From positions 240,190,001 through 240,254,000 of the forward strand of contig NC_086097.1 of NCBI RefSeq assembly GCF_963921235.1: DNA of 64,000 bases. The letters are read 5' to 3'. The notes under the pieces are model-generated. The model saw only the letters and a program-made list of their open reading frames with translations, made no database searches and had not been told where the DNA came from. The stretch's first letter is position 1, and each line of letters begins with the position of its first letter. The DNA comes from Mobula hypostoma (taxonomy: Eukaryota). Both the position numbers and the translations under genes were made by a program. This document shows positions 49,040 to 61,721 of the stretch, one piece after another.

Positions 49040-49088
49040 CTCTCTCTCTTTTCTCTCTGTCCCTCTCACAATAACTCCTTGACTGCTG
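48510..49088. mobile_element. PLE terminal repeat (minus, 48510-48935) followed by an inverted partial copy (plus, ~48940-49088)
   Basis: Matches 10107-10497. 48960-49088 is the reverse complement of 48820-48930 with an expanded (CT)n. Confidence 0.85.
48573..48614 (-). ncRNA. Minimal hammerhead ribozyme
   Basis: Minus strand reads CAGTTAGTC-CTGACGA-AGGGTCTCGGCCC-GAAA-CT-TC-GACTG. Confidence 0.7.
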
Positions 49089-49096
49089 TTTGGTTT

Positions 49097-49160
49097 TTAT
49101 GACAATAAAAGAGGACTGCATGTCCTCATAATCTAATCTAATCTAATCTAATAATCTAAT
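49097..49160 (+). mobile_element. 3' tip of the (AATCT)n-tailed element
   Basis: ATGACAATAAAAGAGGACTGCATGTCCTCATAATCTAATCTAATCT, the reverse complement of the left ends of 31431 and 54914. Confidence 0.8.
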
Positions 49161-49162
49161 AA

Positions 49163-51330
49163 TATGATCAAATTCACCCAGAAATTTGAGAAGGAGAAGT
49201 TCAAGTCAGATATATCAGTTTTACAGTGGAATAAAAGGAATTACAGAGGCATGAGAGATCAGTTGGCCAGAATACATTGTAAAAGAACATTGGTAGGGAT
49301 GATGGAAGAGCAGCAATGGCTGGAATTTCTGGAAGCATTTTGGAAGGCACAATTTATATACATCTGAAAGAGGAAGAAGTATTCTTAGGGCAAGATAACT
49401 CAACCACGGTTAACAAGAGAAATCAAAGTCAACATAAAAGCCAAAGAGACGGCAAATAATATAAAATTAGTGGGAAGTTAGAGGATTGGGAAGCTTTTAA
49501 AAACCAACAGAGGGGAACTAAAAACATCCCTAAGAAGGTAAAGATGGAATTCAAAAGTAAGCTGGATGTAATAATAAAGAGGATACCTAAAGTTTCTTCA
49601 GATACATAAAGTGTAAAAGAGAGGTGAGTGTGAACATCAGACCACTGGAAAATAATACTAGAGAGCTAATAACGGGGTACAAGAAATGACAGACAAACTG
49701 AATAATTATTTTGCTGTGGATAATACTAGCAGCATGGTGGAAGTTGCAGGTGTCAGGATCATGTAGATAGAGAAGTTACCATATTTAGAGAGTAGGATCC
49801 TGGGAAACTGAAAGTCTGAAGATGGATAAGTCACTTGGACCAGAGTTCTGAAAGAGGTAGCTGAAGAGTTTGTAGAAGCATTAGTAAAAACCTTTCAAGA
49901 AACACGAGATTCTGGAATGGTTCTGGACAGAGAAATTGCAAATGTCCCTCCACTCTTCAGGAAGAAAGAAAGACAGAAGAAAGGAAACTATAGGCCAGTT
50001 AGTCTGACTTCAGTGGTAGGCATGGTGTTGGACTCAATTATTAAGGATGAGGTCTCAGGGTACTTGGAGGCACATGACAAAATAAGCCATAGTCAGCATG
50101 GTTTCCTCAAGGGAAAATCTTGTTGGACAAATCTGTTGGAATTCATTAAAGAAATAATAAGGATAGACAAAGGAAAGTCGGTTGATGCTGTGTACTTGGA
50201 TTTTCAGAAGGACTTTGACAAGGTGCGACACATGAGGCTGCTTAACAAGCTACGAGCCCATGGTATTACATGAAAGATTCTAGCATGGATAAAGCAGTGG
50301 CTGATTGGCAGGTGGCAAATAGTGGGAATAAAGGGAGCCTTTTCTGGTTGGCTGCCAGTGATTAGCAGTGTTTCACAGGGGTCTGTGTTGGAACTGATTC
50401 TTCTTACGTTATTTGTCAATGATTTGGATGATGGAACTGATGGCTTTCTTGCAAAGTTTGCAGGTTATATGAAGATAGGTGGAAGGCAGGTAGTTTTCTG
50501 GAAGCAGAGAGACTACAGAAGGACAGGCGGATAGGAGAATGGGCAAAGAAATGGCAGACGGAATACAGTGTTGGGAAATACATGGTCATGACCTTTGATA
50601 GGAGAAATGAAAGGGTTGACTATTTTCTAAATGGAGAGACAATACAAGAAACAAAGGGACTTGGGAGTCCTTAAACGTTAATTTGCGGGTTGAGTGTGCT
50701 GAGGAAGCAAATGCAATGTTAGCATTCATTTCAAGAGGACTGGAGTATAAAAGCAAGGATACAATGCTGAGACTTCATGAACCACTGCTTGGAATATTGT
50801 GAGCAGTTTTGGGCCCCTTATCTTAGAAAGGGTGTGCAGAAACTGGAGAGGCTTCAAAGAAGGTTCATGAAAATGATTCTAGGATTGAATAGCTTGTCAT
50901 ATGAAGAGTGTTTGAGGGCTCACTGGAATTCAGAAGAACGAGGGGTGACCTCATGGAAACTTACCAAATGGTAAAAGGCCTTAATATAATTGATGTGGAG
51001 TGGATGCTTCCTATGGTGAAAGAATCTAAGACCAGAAGACACAGCCTCAAAATAGAGGACCATCCTTTTAAAATGGAAATGAATGGAATTTCTTTAGTCA
51101 GAGAGTGGTGAATCAGTTCAATTCTTTGCCACAAGCAGCTGTGGAGGCCATCTTTATGTATGTTTAAGGCCGAGATTGATAGATTCTTGTTTGGTCAGGA
51201 GGGGATACGGGGAGAAAGTAGGAAATTGGGGCTGCGAGGAAAATTGGATTAGCCATAATGTTATTACAGAGGAGACTTAATGGGCCAAGTGGCCTAATTC
51301 TGATCCTATATCTTATGGTCTTATGGTCTC
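49163..51330 (+). mobile_element. CR1 LINE, 2.2 kb 5'-truncated, abutting an antisense CR1 fragment (~51330-51585)
   Basis: [44 protein letters not shown] and LEYCEQFW (ORFs 49917-51111). Tail CTTATGGTCTTATGGT. Confidence 0.95.
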
Positions 51331-52042
51331 GAGGTAAGGAGACCAGAACTGCATGCAGTTCTCCAGGTGTGACTTCACCTGTACCTTGAAGAGATGTAGC
51401 ATAACCTCCTTGCTCTTAAATTCAATCCCTCTAGCAATGAAGGCCAACATTCCATTTGTCTTCTTGATAACCCAGTGCATCAGCAAACAAACCTTTTTCA
51501 ATTCATGCACAAGCACTCCCAGGTCCCCCTGCCCAACAGCATGCTGCAATCCTTCAGCATTTAACTAATAATCTGAATTTTTATTTTATGAGGGGCTTCC
51601 ATCATTAAGGCCAGGGAGATGGATGCTGAGATTATGGAATCTTTATTGTTATGGTGTTATCTTTTATAGTGAAGCAATATTGCAGAAGGGCATCTCGGCA
51701 AAATCACCACTTGTTGCTTATACTGACCACTTGCGTCACTGTCAGACATACTTCAGTTATGAATAGATGAGTGACAAAGGCTGAAATAAGGATTTTGCTC
51801 TTTGGGGAATAAATTCTTTCTATCGCAGGGACTCACTGTAATAAACTTGAACAAAGTAATCAATATCTTACAGGTTTGCACAGGGAATAACAAAGATCTA
51901 AAATTACAAATGTCTGACCAATGCAGTCAGCCTATTAATATTAGTTATTCAATCTATAACTGGCTCTTAGAAAGTGAAGCCAGGACTTGACTATTGCACA
52001 AGTGCATTCAGTGCTGAAACCAGAAAAACCAGCGAAGGAACA

Positions 52043-52530
52043 AGTTCAAAGTCGTTCAAATTTCAAAAAAACATTTTTATCAAAGTATGGATAAAATGTA
52101 TGACCTTGAAATTCATCTCTTTATAAGCAGCCACAAAAGCAAAGAAACCCAATAGAACTCATTAAAAAACACCGTCAAACATCCAAAGTGCAAAAAGAAA
52201 CCAGATAATGCAAACGATAGAATGTACAGAAATAACACTCAGAACTAAAGTTCACAAAAGTGAATCCACAAAGCTAGTTCATCGCCTCGGCCGTGAAGGC
52301 AGTTCGTCGTCGCAGCTGATCCAGGCCACAGCCTCAGTTCAGTGTGGAGATGAGTCAACATGGTGGAGCAATAATACCAGCCCTTCACTCATCTATGGCC
52401 CTGAAACCCTTACCTTTTCAATCTGGCCCAGTGCTTAAATCAGCCAAACATCGGCTCATTCCTTGCTCTCAGGTCTAGGCCCCGCCAGCTCGATTTAGCC
52501 TGTACCTGACCTTTTCAATCTGGCCAAGTT
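52043..52530 (-). mobile_element. (TTTGAAC)-tailed non-coding retroelement fragment
   Basis: Tail and 3' UTR like the Rex1-type copies, joined to a GC-richer non-coding segment rather than to RT sequence. Confidence 0.5.
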
Positions 52531-53196
52531 TTTTTTTAATACATTAAGTTTTGAGAAATCAAAGGCTGAGTTTCTGGTATTAAGAGAGCATTGAAAGATA
52601 ATGATCCTCTATAACAGTCTTTGTTTCTCATTCGTTGTGCATTTGATTTATTCCTTGTTCTAGGGATGTGCCAGACTAAAGTATGTCTTTGGACTGTGGG
52701 TGGAAAATAGGAGGACATAGAAACTCTTTACAGAGGATGCCAAAATTGAACTTCCAACCCCCAAAGTCCTGAGCTGCAATAGTGGTTGCTCATTTATCTA
52801 TCACTTTTTAGTAAAAGTGAGAGAAAAAGATGACATATTAATAATAAAATATCATTTTTCTCATCAGAAATTATTAAGAATTGAACTCATCAATTTTAAT
52901 AATTTATGATGAAAAAGCTCAATTTTTATATTTTTGTCCTTCCCTGTGCAAACCTGAGAAATAAAATTATTTCGTTCAAGATTATTACTGTGAGATTCTG
53001 CTATACTCAAGGTTTATTCCCCAAAGTGCAAAATCTTTTTGAAGCCTTTGTCACTGCTCTTGTTCATAATTGTATTTTGTCTAACAGTGACGCAAGTAGT
53101 TCTCGTAAGTAACATCTGATCACCTGAAAGTATCTCTGGAATGAAGATAACAAAATATTTAATGGACAGACTTTAACATCGTTGTCCAGAGCAGTA

Positions 53197-53405
53197 AACA
53201 CAAGAGATCCTGATGATGCTGGAAATTCAGAGTAACACACACAAAATGGTGAAGGAATTCAACAAGTCAGGCAGCAGCTATGGAGAGGAATAAACAGTTG
53301 ATATTTCTGGCCAAGGATCTCGGCTGGACGTAGCTCAGCCCAAAAGATTGACTATTTATTCCTCTCCATTGATGCTGCCTGATCTGCTGAGTTCTGTCAG
53401 TGTTT
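53197..53405. mobile_element. Fold-back Penelope-derived mini-element
   Basis: Arms TCAGGCAGCAGCTATGGAGAGGAATAAACAGTTGA / TTGACTATTTATTCCTCTCCATTGATGCTGCCTGA. Confidence 0.75.
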
Positions 53406-53447
53406 TATTTTGTCTAGAATTTCCTTTACCCTTATTGGCATACGGTA

Positions 53448-53858
53448 GATAGAAACCATAGAAACCATAGAAAAACCACAGCACAGAAACAGGCCTTTTG
53501 GGCCTTCGTGGCCATGCCGAACTATTTTCTGCTTAGTCCCACTGTCCTGCACACGGACCATATCCCTCCATACACCTCCCATCCATGTAAATGTCCAATT
53601 TATTTTTAAATGTTAAAAAAGAACCTGCATTTACCACCTCGTCTGGCAGCTCATTCCATACTCCCACCACTCTCTGTGTGAAGAAGCCCCCCCCAATATT
53701 CCCTTTAAACTTTTCCCCCCTCACCCTTAATCCATGTCCTCTTTTTTTTTCTCCCCTTGCCTCAGTAGAAAAAGCCTGCTTGCATTCACTCTATCTATAT
53801 CCATTATAATTTTATATACCTCTATTTTATATACCTCATTCTTCTACGCTCCAGGGAA
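53448..53858 (-). mobile_element. Young CR1 3' fragment, (CTATGGTTT)n-tail family
   Basis: Highly similar to 58514-58905. ORF 53533-53724. Confidence 0.9.
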
Positions 53859-54370
53859 TCTTTAAATCTAAGCTGCATCTGAGCCAGCTCCAAAATGGGG
53901 ATGAGGACCAGTGTAATTATGGGAAGAATGCTGGGCAATGTACTGGAAAATTATGTTGATGAATATATGTTTAGTTCAGATGGAGGGTGTTTGGGAGGGG
54001 GAATTAGTATGACTGAATTATAACGTAGCAGTCACTTTGTGGGTGGGTGAGGCTTTGATGGCTGGTGAGAGAGGTTGGGACAGCAATATTGATAATAGGC
54101 TCCCAGAAAAAGGGTTGTTCAAAACTTAGTCTCTGTTATAAATAGGTAAACTTGAAAGGAGAATACAGGGTTAATGGCAGGACTCTTAGCCATGTGGGGG
54201 AATAGAGGAATCTTGAGGGTCAACATCCGTAGATTCCTTAAAGCTGGCCCGCAAATTGATTGGGTGGATAAGAAGGTGCATAGTGTGTTGGCCTTCTTTA
54301 GTTGGGGATTGAGCTCAAGAGCCATGAGATAATGTTGCAGCTCTATTAAACTGGTTAGACTTATACTCAG

Positions 54371-54692
54371 CAGGCCAGGCAGCATCTCTAGGAAGAGGTA
54401 CAGTCGACGTTTCAGGCCGAGACCCTTCGTCAGGACTAACTGAAGGAAGAGTGAGTAAGAGATTTGAAAGTGGGAGGGGGAGGGGGAGATCCAAAATGAT
54501 AGGAGAAGACAGGGGGGGAGGGATGGAGCCGAGAGCTGGACAGGTGATTGGCAAAAGGGGATATGAGAGGATCATGGGACAGGAGGCCCAAGGAGAAGGA
54601 AAAGGGTGGGGGGGGGGACTGTGGCCTGCTGCGTTCACCAGCAACTTTGATGTGTGTTGCTTGAATTTCCAGCATCTGCAGAATTCCTCGTG
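54371..54692. mobile_element. Fold-back PLE insertion (minus pLTR then plus terminal tip) with ~16-bp TSD, inside a CR1 fragment (~54140-54715)
   Basis: TSD TTAGACTTATACTCAG (54355-54370) / TTAGTCTTCTACTCAG (54693-54708). Orientation switches at ~54620. Confidence 0.85.
54401..54442 (-). ncRNA. Minimal hammerhead ribozyme
   Basis: Exact reverse complement of 9686-9727. Confidence 0.8.
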
Positions 54693-54913
54693 TTAGTCTT
54701 CTACTCAGAATATTCCAAGGCTCATTTATTATCAAAGTATAGAACTCTGAAATTCTTCTTTTCCAGATAGCCATGAAACCAAGAAAGAAAAGTACGGCAG
54801 CAGATCATCAAATCCCACCTCCCCACACAAAAACCAAACCAAACCTTGAAGTGACTGACCTACAGTAACAGAATACACCCAGTGGCCTCCTTGTAAAGCA
54901 CAGAAGGTGTGTA

Positions 54914-55580
54914 ATTAGATTAGATTATGAGGACACGTAGTCTTCTTTTATTGTCATTTAGTAATGCATGCATTAATGTTCCTCCAGTGTGATATCACAG
55001 AAACACAAGACAGACCAAGACTGAAAAACTGACAAAAACCACATAATTATAACATATAGTTACAACAGTGCAAAGCAATACTGTAATTTGATAGAGGAAC
55101 AGACCATGGGCACGGTAAAAAAAAGTCTCAAAGTCTCTCGAAAGTCACAACATCTCACGCAAACGGTAGAAGGAAGAAAACTCTCCCTGCCATGAGCTTC
55201 CAGCGCCACAAACTTGCCGATGCAGCATCCTGGAAGCACCCGACCACAGTCCGACTCTCAGTCCATCCGAAAACCTTGAGCCTCCAACAGGCCCTCCAAC
55301 ACCGAGCACCGAGCACCATCTCTGCCGAGCACTTCGGCCCCGGCCCCAGCAACAGGCAATAGGTAAAGCCGAGGATTTGGGGCCTTCCCCTCCGGAGATT
55401 CTTGATCGCACAGTAGCAGCAGCAGCAAAGCAGGCATTTCAGAAGTTTCTCCAGATGTTCCTCCATGCTCCTCACGGCTGTCTCCATCAAATCAGGATTG
55501 TGCACGGCCCCTACTTAACAAATACGATATCATTTCGTAGTGGCCAAGCGCGCTGCATCGCGCCACCATCTTCTCCTCCC
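54914..55580 (-). mobile_element. Non-autonomous GGGAGGAGAAGATGG/(AATCT)n retroelement, copy 2
   Basis: Same 5' start and tail as 31431-32037. Confidence 0.8.
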
Positions 55581-55629
55581 CTCAAGAAGAAATCACTTCT
55601 CCTATGTGTTCTTCTACCTTAGGATCTCT

Positions 55630-56690
55630 GATGAATTCCAATTCATTGCTCAACACCAATCCAGAATAACTGATCCCCTAGTAGGATCAACCATGAGCTA
55701 TTCTAAAAACCCAACTTGTAGACACTCTAGAAATTCCCTCTCCTAGAATCCAGCAAGAACCTGACTATCCTTGGACGTTAAGCTACCAGCTATAATCTTC
55801 TTTCAGCCATGATTCAGTGATGCCTACAACATTATACATGCCAATCTCCAATTGCGCTACAAGTTCATCTCCCTTGTTCTATATACTGCGTGCATTCAAA
55901 TATACTGTAACTCCTTCGGTCCTGTCTTCACCCTTTTCAATTTTGTCCACCTTTTATGTTGCAACTCATCCTGTTGATTGCAATTTTGCCCTATCAACAG
56001 CCTCTTCTCACTACACATTTCCTCTGTTTGTAAACCAGCTACCTCATCTTCAGCACGATCATCTATCTTTTCTATGATACTTCTTGCACTGAAATATTCG
56101 CAGCTCAGGACATTAGTCGCACCATGCTCAACTTTTGTTTCCTAACTTTGTCTGAGGTCTTAATAACACCTGTCTCCACAACCTTTCCACTAACTATTCT
56201 AATACTCTGGTTCTCATCCCCCTGCAACTCTAGTTTAAATCCCACCATACTGCATTAACAGACCCTCCCTCGAGGATGATAGACCCCCTCCAGTTCAGGT
56301 GCAAACAGTCCCTTCTGTACGAGGTCCACCTTCCGGGAAAAGAGCCCAATCATCCAAAAATCTTATGCCCTCCCTCCTACACCAACTCCTTAGCTACGCA
56401 TTAAACTGTACGATATTCCTATTCCTGACCTCACTAGCACGTGGTATAGGTAGCAATCCTGAAATCACAACCCTGGAGGTCCTGCCTTTCAATGTACCAC
56501 TTAACTTGCTGAACTCCCTATGCAGAACTTTGTCACTCGTCCCACCCATGTCATTGATGCCTAACATGGATCACAACGTCTGGCAGTTCACTCTTCAACT
56601 TATGAATGCTGAGGACTCGATCCAAGATATCCCAGACCCTATCACCCAGGAGGCAACCTACCATCCTGGAATCTCGTTACTTACTTAAGG
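55630..56690 (-). mobile_element. CR1 ORF1 esterase / ORF2 APE junction fragment
   Basis: Minus strand reads SRVVISGLLP.P.A and YLNARSI.NK.DEL...I....YNVVGITESW, homologous to 5590-6260. Confidence 0.8.
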
Positions 56691-57050
56691 AAAGACAAAC
56701 ACGCTTGGGAGGTGGTGCAGTGAAGGTTCACATGTTGATTCAGGAGATAAGGGTGTTATCCTAAGGTGAGAGATTCAGTCGTCTGTGACAATATCTCTGG
56801 AACTCAGAGGAATGGGAGGGTATCTTATAGATACAAAATTATATAGAATGAGAGCGTATCTAAGGATACAAAATTATCAAAGGGGTAGACAAGATAAAGG
56901 CAGGAAAGTTGCTTCTACTGGTAAGTAAGTCCAGCCGACATAGGCTCAAGATTTCGGGCAATAGATTTAGGACAGAGAAGAGGACAGTTTTTTTTCCCCA
57001 GAGAAAGTGAGTCTGTGAAGTTCTCTGCCCAGGGAAATGGGATAGACTAC
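56690..57050 (+). mobile_element. Decayed CR1 3' fragment
   Basis: RKD...LE.VQ.RFT.LI and RFRTEKR..FF.Q..VSL motifs. Confidence 0.65.
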
Positions 57051-57058
57051 CTTATTAA

Positions 57059-57602
57059 ATACGCTCAGTGGCCACTTTATTAGATATATCCTGAATGTTT
57101 GTGGTCTTCTGCTGCTGCAGCCCGTCCACTTCAAGTTTCGACATGTTGTGCATTCACAGATGCTCTTCTGTTCTAACTGTTGTAGTATGTGATTATGAGT
57201 TACTGTCATCATCTTGTCAACTTGAATCAATTTGTCCAGTCTCCGCTGACTTTTCTTATTAACAAGACATTTTTACCCATAGGACTGCAGCTCTAGATGT
57301 TTTTGTTTTTTTTTCACAACATTCTCTGTAATCTCTAGAGATCTTTGTGCAATTACTGGAGATCAACAGGGTCTGAGTTACTCAAACCATCCTGTCTGGC
57401 ACCAACAACCATTCCACAGTCAAGGACACTTAGATCACATTTCCTCCCCATTCTGATGTTTGGGTTGAACAACATCTGAACCTCTTGACCATGTCTGCAT
57501 GCTTTTATGCATTAGGTTGCTGCCACATGATTAGTTGATTAGATATTTGTATTGACGAGCAGGTGTACAGTTATACCTAATAAAGTGGCTACTGAGTGCA
57601 TA
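57059..57602. mobile_element. Complete Tc1-type MITE (~540 bp)
   Basis: TIRs TACGCTCAGTGGCCACTTTATTAG and CTAATAAAGTGGCTACTGAGTGCATA. A second copy lies at 20632-21170. Confidence 0.9.
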
Positions 57603-57912
57603 GAGTCATAGAAAAGTATAGCACCGAACCAGGCCCTTTGGCCAATCCAGCCTGTACCAAACCATCTAAACTAATTATATTCATCACTTGCACTGGGATC
57701 ATAACCCTCCATTCCCCTGCCACTTATATACCCATCCAAACTCCTCTTAAATATTGAATATGAGCTCACTTGCATCACTTGTGCTGGAAGCTCATTCCAC
57801 ACCCTCATGACCCTTTGAGTGAAGAAGTTTCTCCTCATGTTCCTCTTAAAATTTTCACATTTCACCCTTAACCAATGACTTCTAGTTGTAGTCCCACCCA
57901 ACCTCAGTGGAA
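57603..57912 (-). mobile_element. CR1 3' end (outer host); appears to resume at ~61722-61840
   Basis: ORF 57671-57931. The sequence expected shortly after CTCAGTGGAAAA (ATAAT....TATACCTCTATCAAATCTCCCCTC, cf. 58810-58885) reappears at 61722. Confidence 0.8.
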
Positions 57913-58513
57913 AATGGTAATTATTTTCCAATGTTCTATAGGTTCAAGATCAGTTCCTGAGGACAGGAGGGTAGCTAATGTTATCCCACTTTTTAAGAAA
58001 GGAGGGAGAGAGAAAACAGGGAAAACAGGGAATTATAGACCAGTTAGCCAGTTAGCCAGTTAGCCTGACATCAGTGGTGGGGAAGATGCTGGAGTCAATT
58101 ATGAAGGATGAAATAGCGGCACATTTGGATGGCAGTAACAGGATTGGTCTGAGTCAGCATGGATTTACGAAGGGGAAATCATGCTTGACTAATCTTCTGG
58201 AATTTTTTGAGGATGTAACTATGAAAATGGACAAGGAAAAGCCAGTGGATGTAGTGTACCTGGACATTCAAAAAGCCTTTGATAAGGTCCCACATAGGAG
58301 GTTAGTGGGCAAAATTATAGCACATGGTATTGGGGGTAGGGTACTGACATGGGTAGAAAATTGGCTGGCAGACAGGAAACAAAGAGTAGGGATTAACAGG
58401 TCCTTTTCAGAATGGCAGGCAGTGACTAGTGGGGTACCGCAAGGCTCGGTGCTGGGACCGCAGCTATTTACAATATACGTTAATGATTTAGATGAAGGGA
58501 TTAAAAGTAACAT

Positions 58514-59425
58514 AGAAACCATAGTAAAACTACAGCACAGAAACAGGCCTTTTGGCCCTTCTTGGCTGTGCCGAACCATTTTCTGCCTAGTCTCACTGAC
58601 CTGCACACGGACCATATCCCTCCATACACCTCCTATCCATGTGTCTGTCCAATTTATTCTTAAATGTTAAAATGTTACCACCTCGTCTGGCAGCTCATTC
58701 CATACTCCCACCACTCTCTGTGTGAAGAAGCCCCCCCCCAATGTTCCCTTTAAACTTTTCCCCCCTCACCCTTAACCCATGTCCTCTGGTTTTTTTCTCC
58801 CCTTGCCTCAGTGGAAAAAGCCTGCTTGCATTCACTCTGTCTATGCCCATCATAATTTTATATACCTCTATCAAATCTCCCCTCATCCTTCTACGCTCCA
58901 GGTAATAAAGTCCTAACCTATTCAACCTTTCTCTGTAACTGAGTTTCTCAAGTCCTGGCAACATCCTTGTAAACCTTCTCTGCACTCTTTCAACCTTATT
59001 AATATCCTTCCTGTAATTTGGTGACCAAAACTGAACACAATACTCCAGATTCAGCCTCACCAATGCCTTATGCAACCTCATCATAACATTCCAGCTCTTA
59101 TACTCAATACTTTGATTAATAAAGGCCAATGTACCAAAAGCTCTCTTTACTACCCTATCTACCTGTGACGCCACTTTTAGGGAATTTTGTATCTCTATTC
59201 CCAGATCCCTCTGTTCTACTGCGCTCCTCAGTGCCTTACCATTTACCCTGTATGTTCTACCTTGGTTTGTCCTTCCAAAGTGCAATACCTCACACTTGTC
59301 TGTACTAAACTCCATCTGCCATTTTTCAGCCCATTTTTCCAGCTGGTCCAAGTCCCTCTGCAGACTCTGAAAACCTTCCTCACTGTCCACTACACCTCCA
59401 ATCTTTGTATCATCAGCAAATTTGC
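58514..59425 (-). mobile_element. Young antisense CR1 insertion, 5'-truncated exactly at KFADD
   Basis: Uninterrupted 231-aa ORF 58695-59390. Tail at 58511-58525. CAT duplicated at 58511-58513 and 59411-59413. Confidence 0.95.
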
Positions 59426-59547
59426 AGATGACACAAAGCTGGGTGGTAGAGTGAAATGTGCAGAGGATATTGAGATAATGCAGGATGACTTGGACAGGTT
59501 GGGTGAGTGGGCAGATGCATGGCAGATGCAGTTTAATGTGGATAAAT

Positions 59548-59618
59548 AGATTATGAAGACACGCAGTCCTCTTTTATTGTCATTTAATAATGCATGCATT
59601 AAGAAATGATACAATATT
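59548..59618 (-). mobile_element. 71-bp 3' tip of the (AATCT)n-tailed element inserted in CR1
   Basis: Splits host codons VDK|CEVIHFG. Matches 31432-31500. Confidence 0.9.
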
Positions 59619-60425
59619 TGTGAAGTTATCCACTTTGGTGGCAAGAACAGGAAGGTAGATTACTATTTGAATGGTGTCAAGTTAGGAAAAGGGGAAGTAC
59701 AACGAGATCTTGGCGTCCTTGTTCATCAGTAACTGAAAGTAAGCATGCAGGTACAGCAGGCAGTGAAGAAAGCTTATGGCATGTTGGCCTTCATAACTAG
59801 GGGAGTTGAGTATAGGAGCAAAGATGTCCTTCTGCAGTTGTAGAAGGCCCTAGTGAGACCCCACCTGAAGTATTGTGTACAGTTTTGGTCTCCAAATTTG
59901 AGGAAAGATATTCTTGCTATTGAGAGAGTGCAGCGGAGGTTCACGAGGTTAACTCCCGGGATGGCGGGACTGTCATATGATGAAAAATTGGAGTGACAGG
60001 GCTTGTATAAAGTAGAACTTAGAAGGATGAGAGGGGATCTGATTGAAACATATCAGATTATTAAGGAATTGGACACGCTAGAGGCAGGAAACATGTTCCC
60101 GATGTTGGGGGAGTCCACAACCAGAGGACACAATTTGAGAATAAGGGGTAGGCCATTTAGAAAGGAGTTGAGGAAAAACTTTGTCACCCAGAGAGTTGTG
60201 GATCTATGAAATGCTCTGCCCCAGAAGGCAGTGGAGGCCAATTCTCTGGATGCTTTCAAGAAAGAGTTAGATAGACCTCTTAATGATAGCAGAGTCAAGG
60301 GATATGTGGAGAAGGCAGGAAAAGGGTACTGATTGTGGATGATCTGCCATGATCACAGTGAATGGCGATGCTGGCTCGAAGGGCCAAATGGCCTACTCCT
60401 GCACCTATTGTCTATTGTCTATTGA

Positions 60426-61721
60426 TCTATGGGCATTTAGAGGATCATGGTCTGATCAGGGACAGTCAGCATGGCTTTGTGAAGGGAAGATTGTGTCCAA
60501 CAAGCCTGATAGAGTTCTTTGAGGAGGTTGACCAGGCATATAGATGAGGATAGTGCAGTGGATGTGATCTATATGGATTTTAGTAAGGCATTTGACAAGG
60601 TTCCACAGGATAGTCTTATTCAGAAAGTCAGAAGGCATGGGATTCAGGGAAGTTTAGTTAGGTGGATTCAGAATTGGCTTGCCTGCAGAAAGCAGAGGGT
60701 CGTGGTGGAGGGAGTACTTTCAGATTGGAGGGATATGACTAGTGGTGTCCCATAAGGATCGATTCTGAGACCTCTGCTTTCTGTGATTTTTATTAATGAC
60801 TTGGATGTGGGAGTAGAAGGGTGGGCTGACAAGTTTGCAGATGACACAAAGGTTGGTGGTGTTGTGGATAGTGTAGAGGATTGTTAAAGATTGCAGAGAG
60901 ACATTGATAGGATGCAGAAGTGGGCTGACAAGTGGCAGATGGAGTTTAACCCGGAGAAGTGTGAGGAGGTACACTTTGGAAGGACAAACTCCAAGACAGA
61001 GTACAAAGTAAATGGCAGGATACTCGGTTGTGTGGATGAGCAGAGGGATATGGGGGTACATGGGGGAAAGTTGCCTCCCGGGTAGATAGGGTAGTTAAGA
61101 AAATTTATGGGGTGTTAGCTTTCATAAGTCGAGTGATTGTGTTTAAGAATCGTGAGGAAATGATGCAGCTCTATAAAACTCTGGTGAGGCCACACTTGGA
61201 TTATTGTGTCCAGTTCTGGTCGCCTCACTATAGGAAGGATGTGGGAGCATTGGAAATGGTACAGAGGAGATTTACCAGGATGTTGCCTGGTTTAGAGAAT
61301 ATGGATTATGATCAGAGATTAAGGGAGCTAGGGCTTTACTCTTTGGAGAAAAGGAGGATGAGAGGAGACATGATAGAGGTGTACAAGATAATAAGAGGAA
61401 TAGATAGAGTGGATAGCCAGCACCTCTTCCCCAGGGCACCACTGCTCAATACAAGAGGACATGACTAAGGGGTGGGAAGTTCAAGGGGAGTATTAGAGGA
61501 AGGTTTTTTACTCAGAGAGTAGTTGGTGTGTGGAATGCACTACCTGAGTCAGTGGTGGAGACAGATACACTAGTGAAGTTTAAGAGACTACTAGACAGGT
61601 ATATGGAGGAATTTAAGTTGCGGGGTTATACGGGAGGCAGGGTTTAAGGGTCAGCACAATATTGTGCGCCGAAGGGCCTGTACTGTGCTGTACTATTCTA
61701 TGTTCTATGGTCTATGTTCTA
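60426..61721 (+). mobile_element. CR1 LINE, 5'-truncated, (TTCTATG)n tail
   Basis: SQHGFVKGR, IYMDFSKAFDKV, KFADDTKVGG and LYKTLVRPHLDYCVQFWSP (ORFs 60519-61468). Confidence 0.95.

Larger units (their letters stand above)
57913..60425 (+). mobile_element. CR1 LINE (RT to (CTATTGT)n tail) carrying two nested insertions
   Basis: ORF 58074-58513 ([33 protein letters not shown]) resumes at 59414 with SKFADDTKLGG. Tail CCTATTGTCTATTGTCTATTG. Confidence 0.95.

Noticed and set aside
58010..58065. Short direct repeats (GAAAACAGG)x2 and (CCAGTTAG)x3
   Set aside because: Local slippage duplications within CR1 coding sequence, not a functional array.
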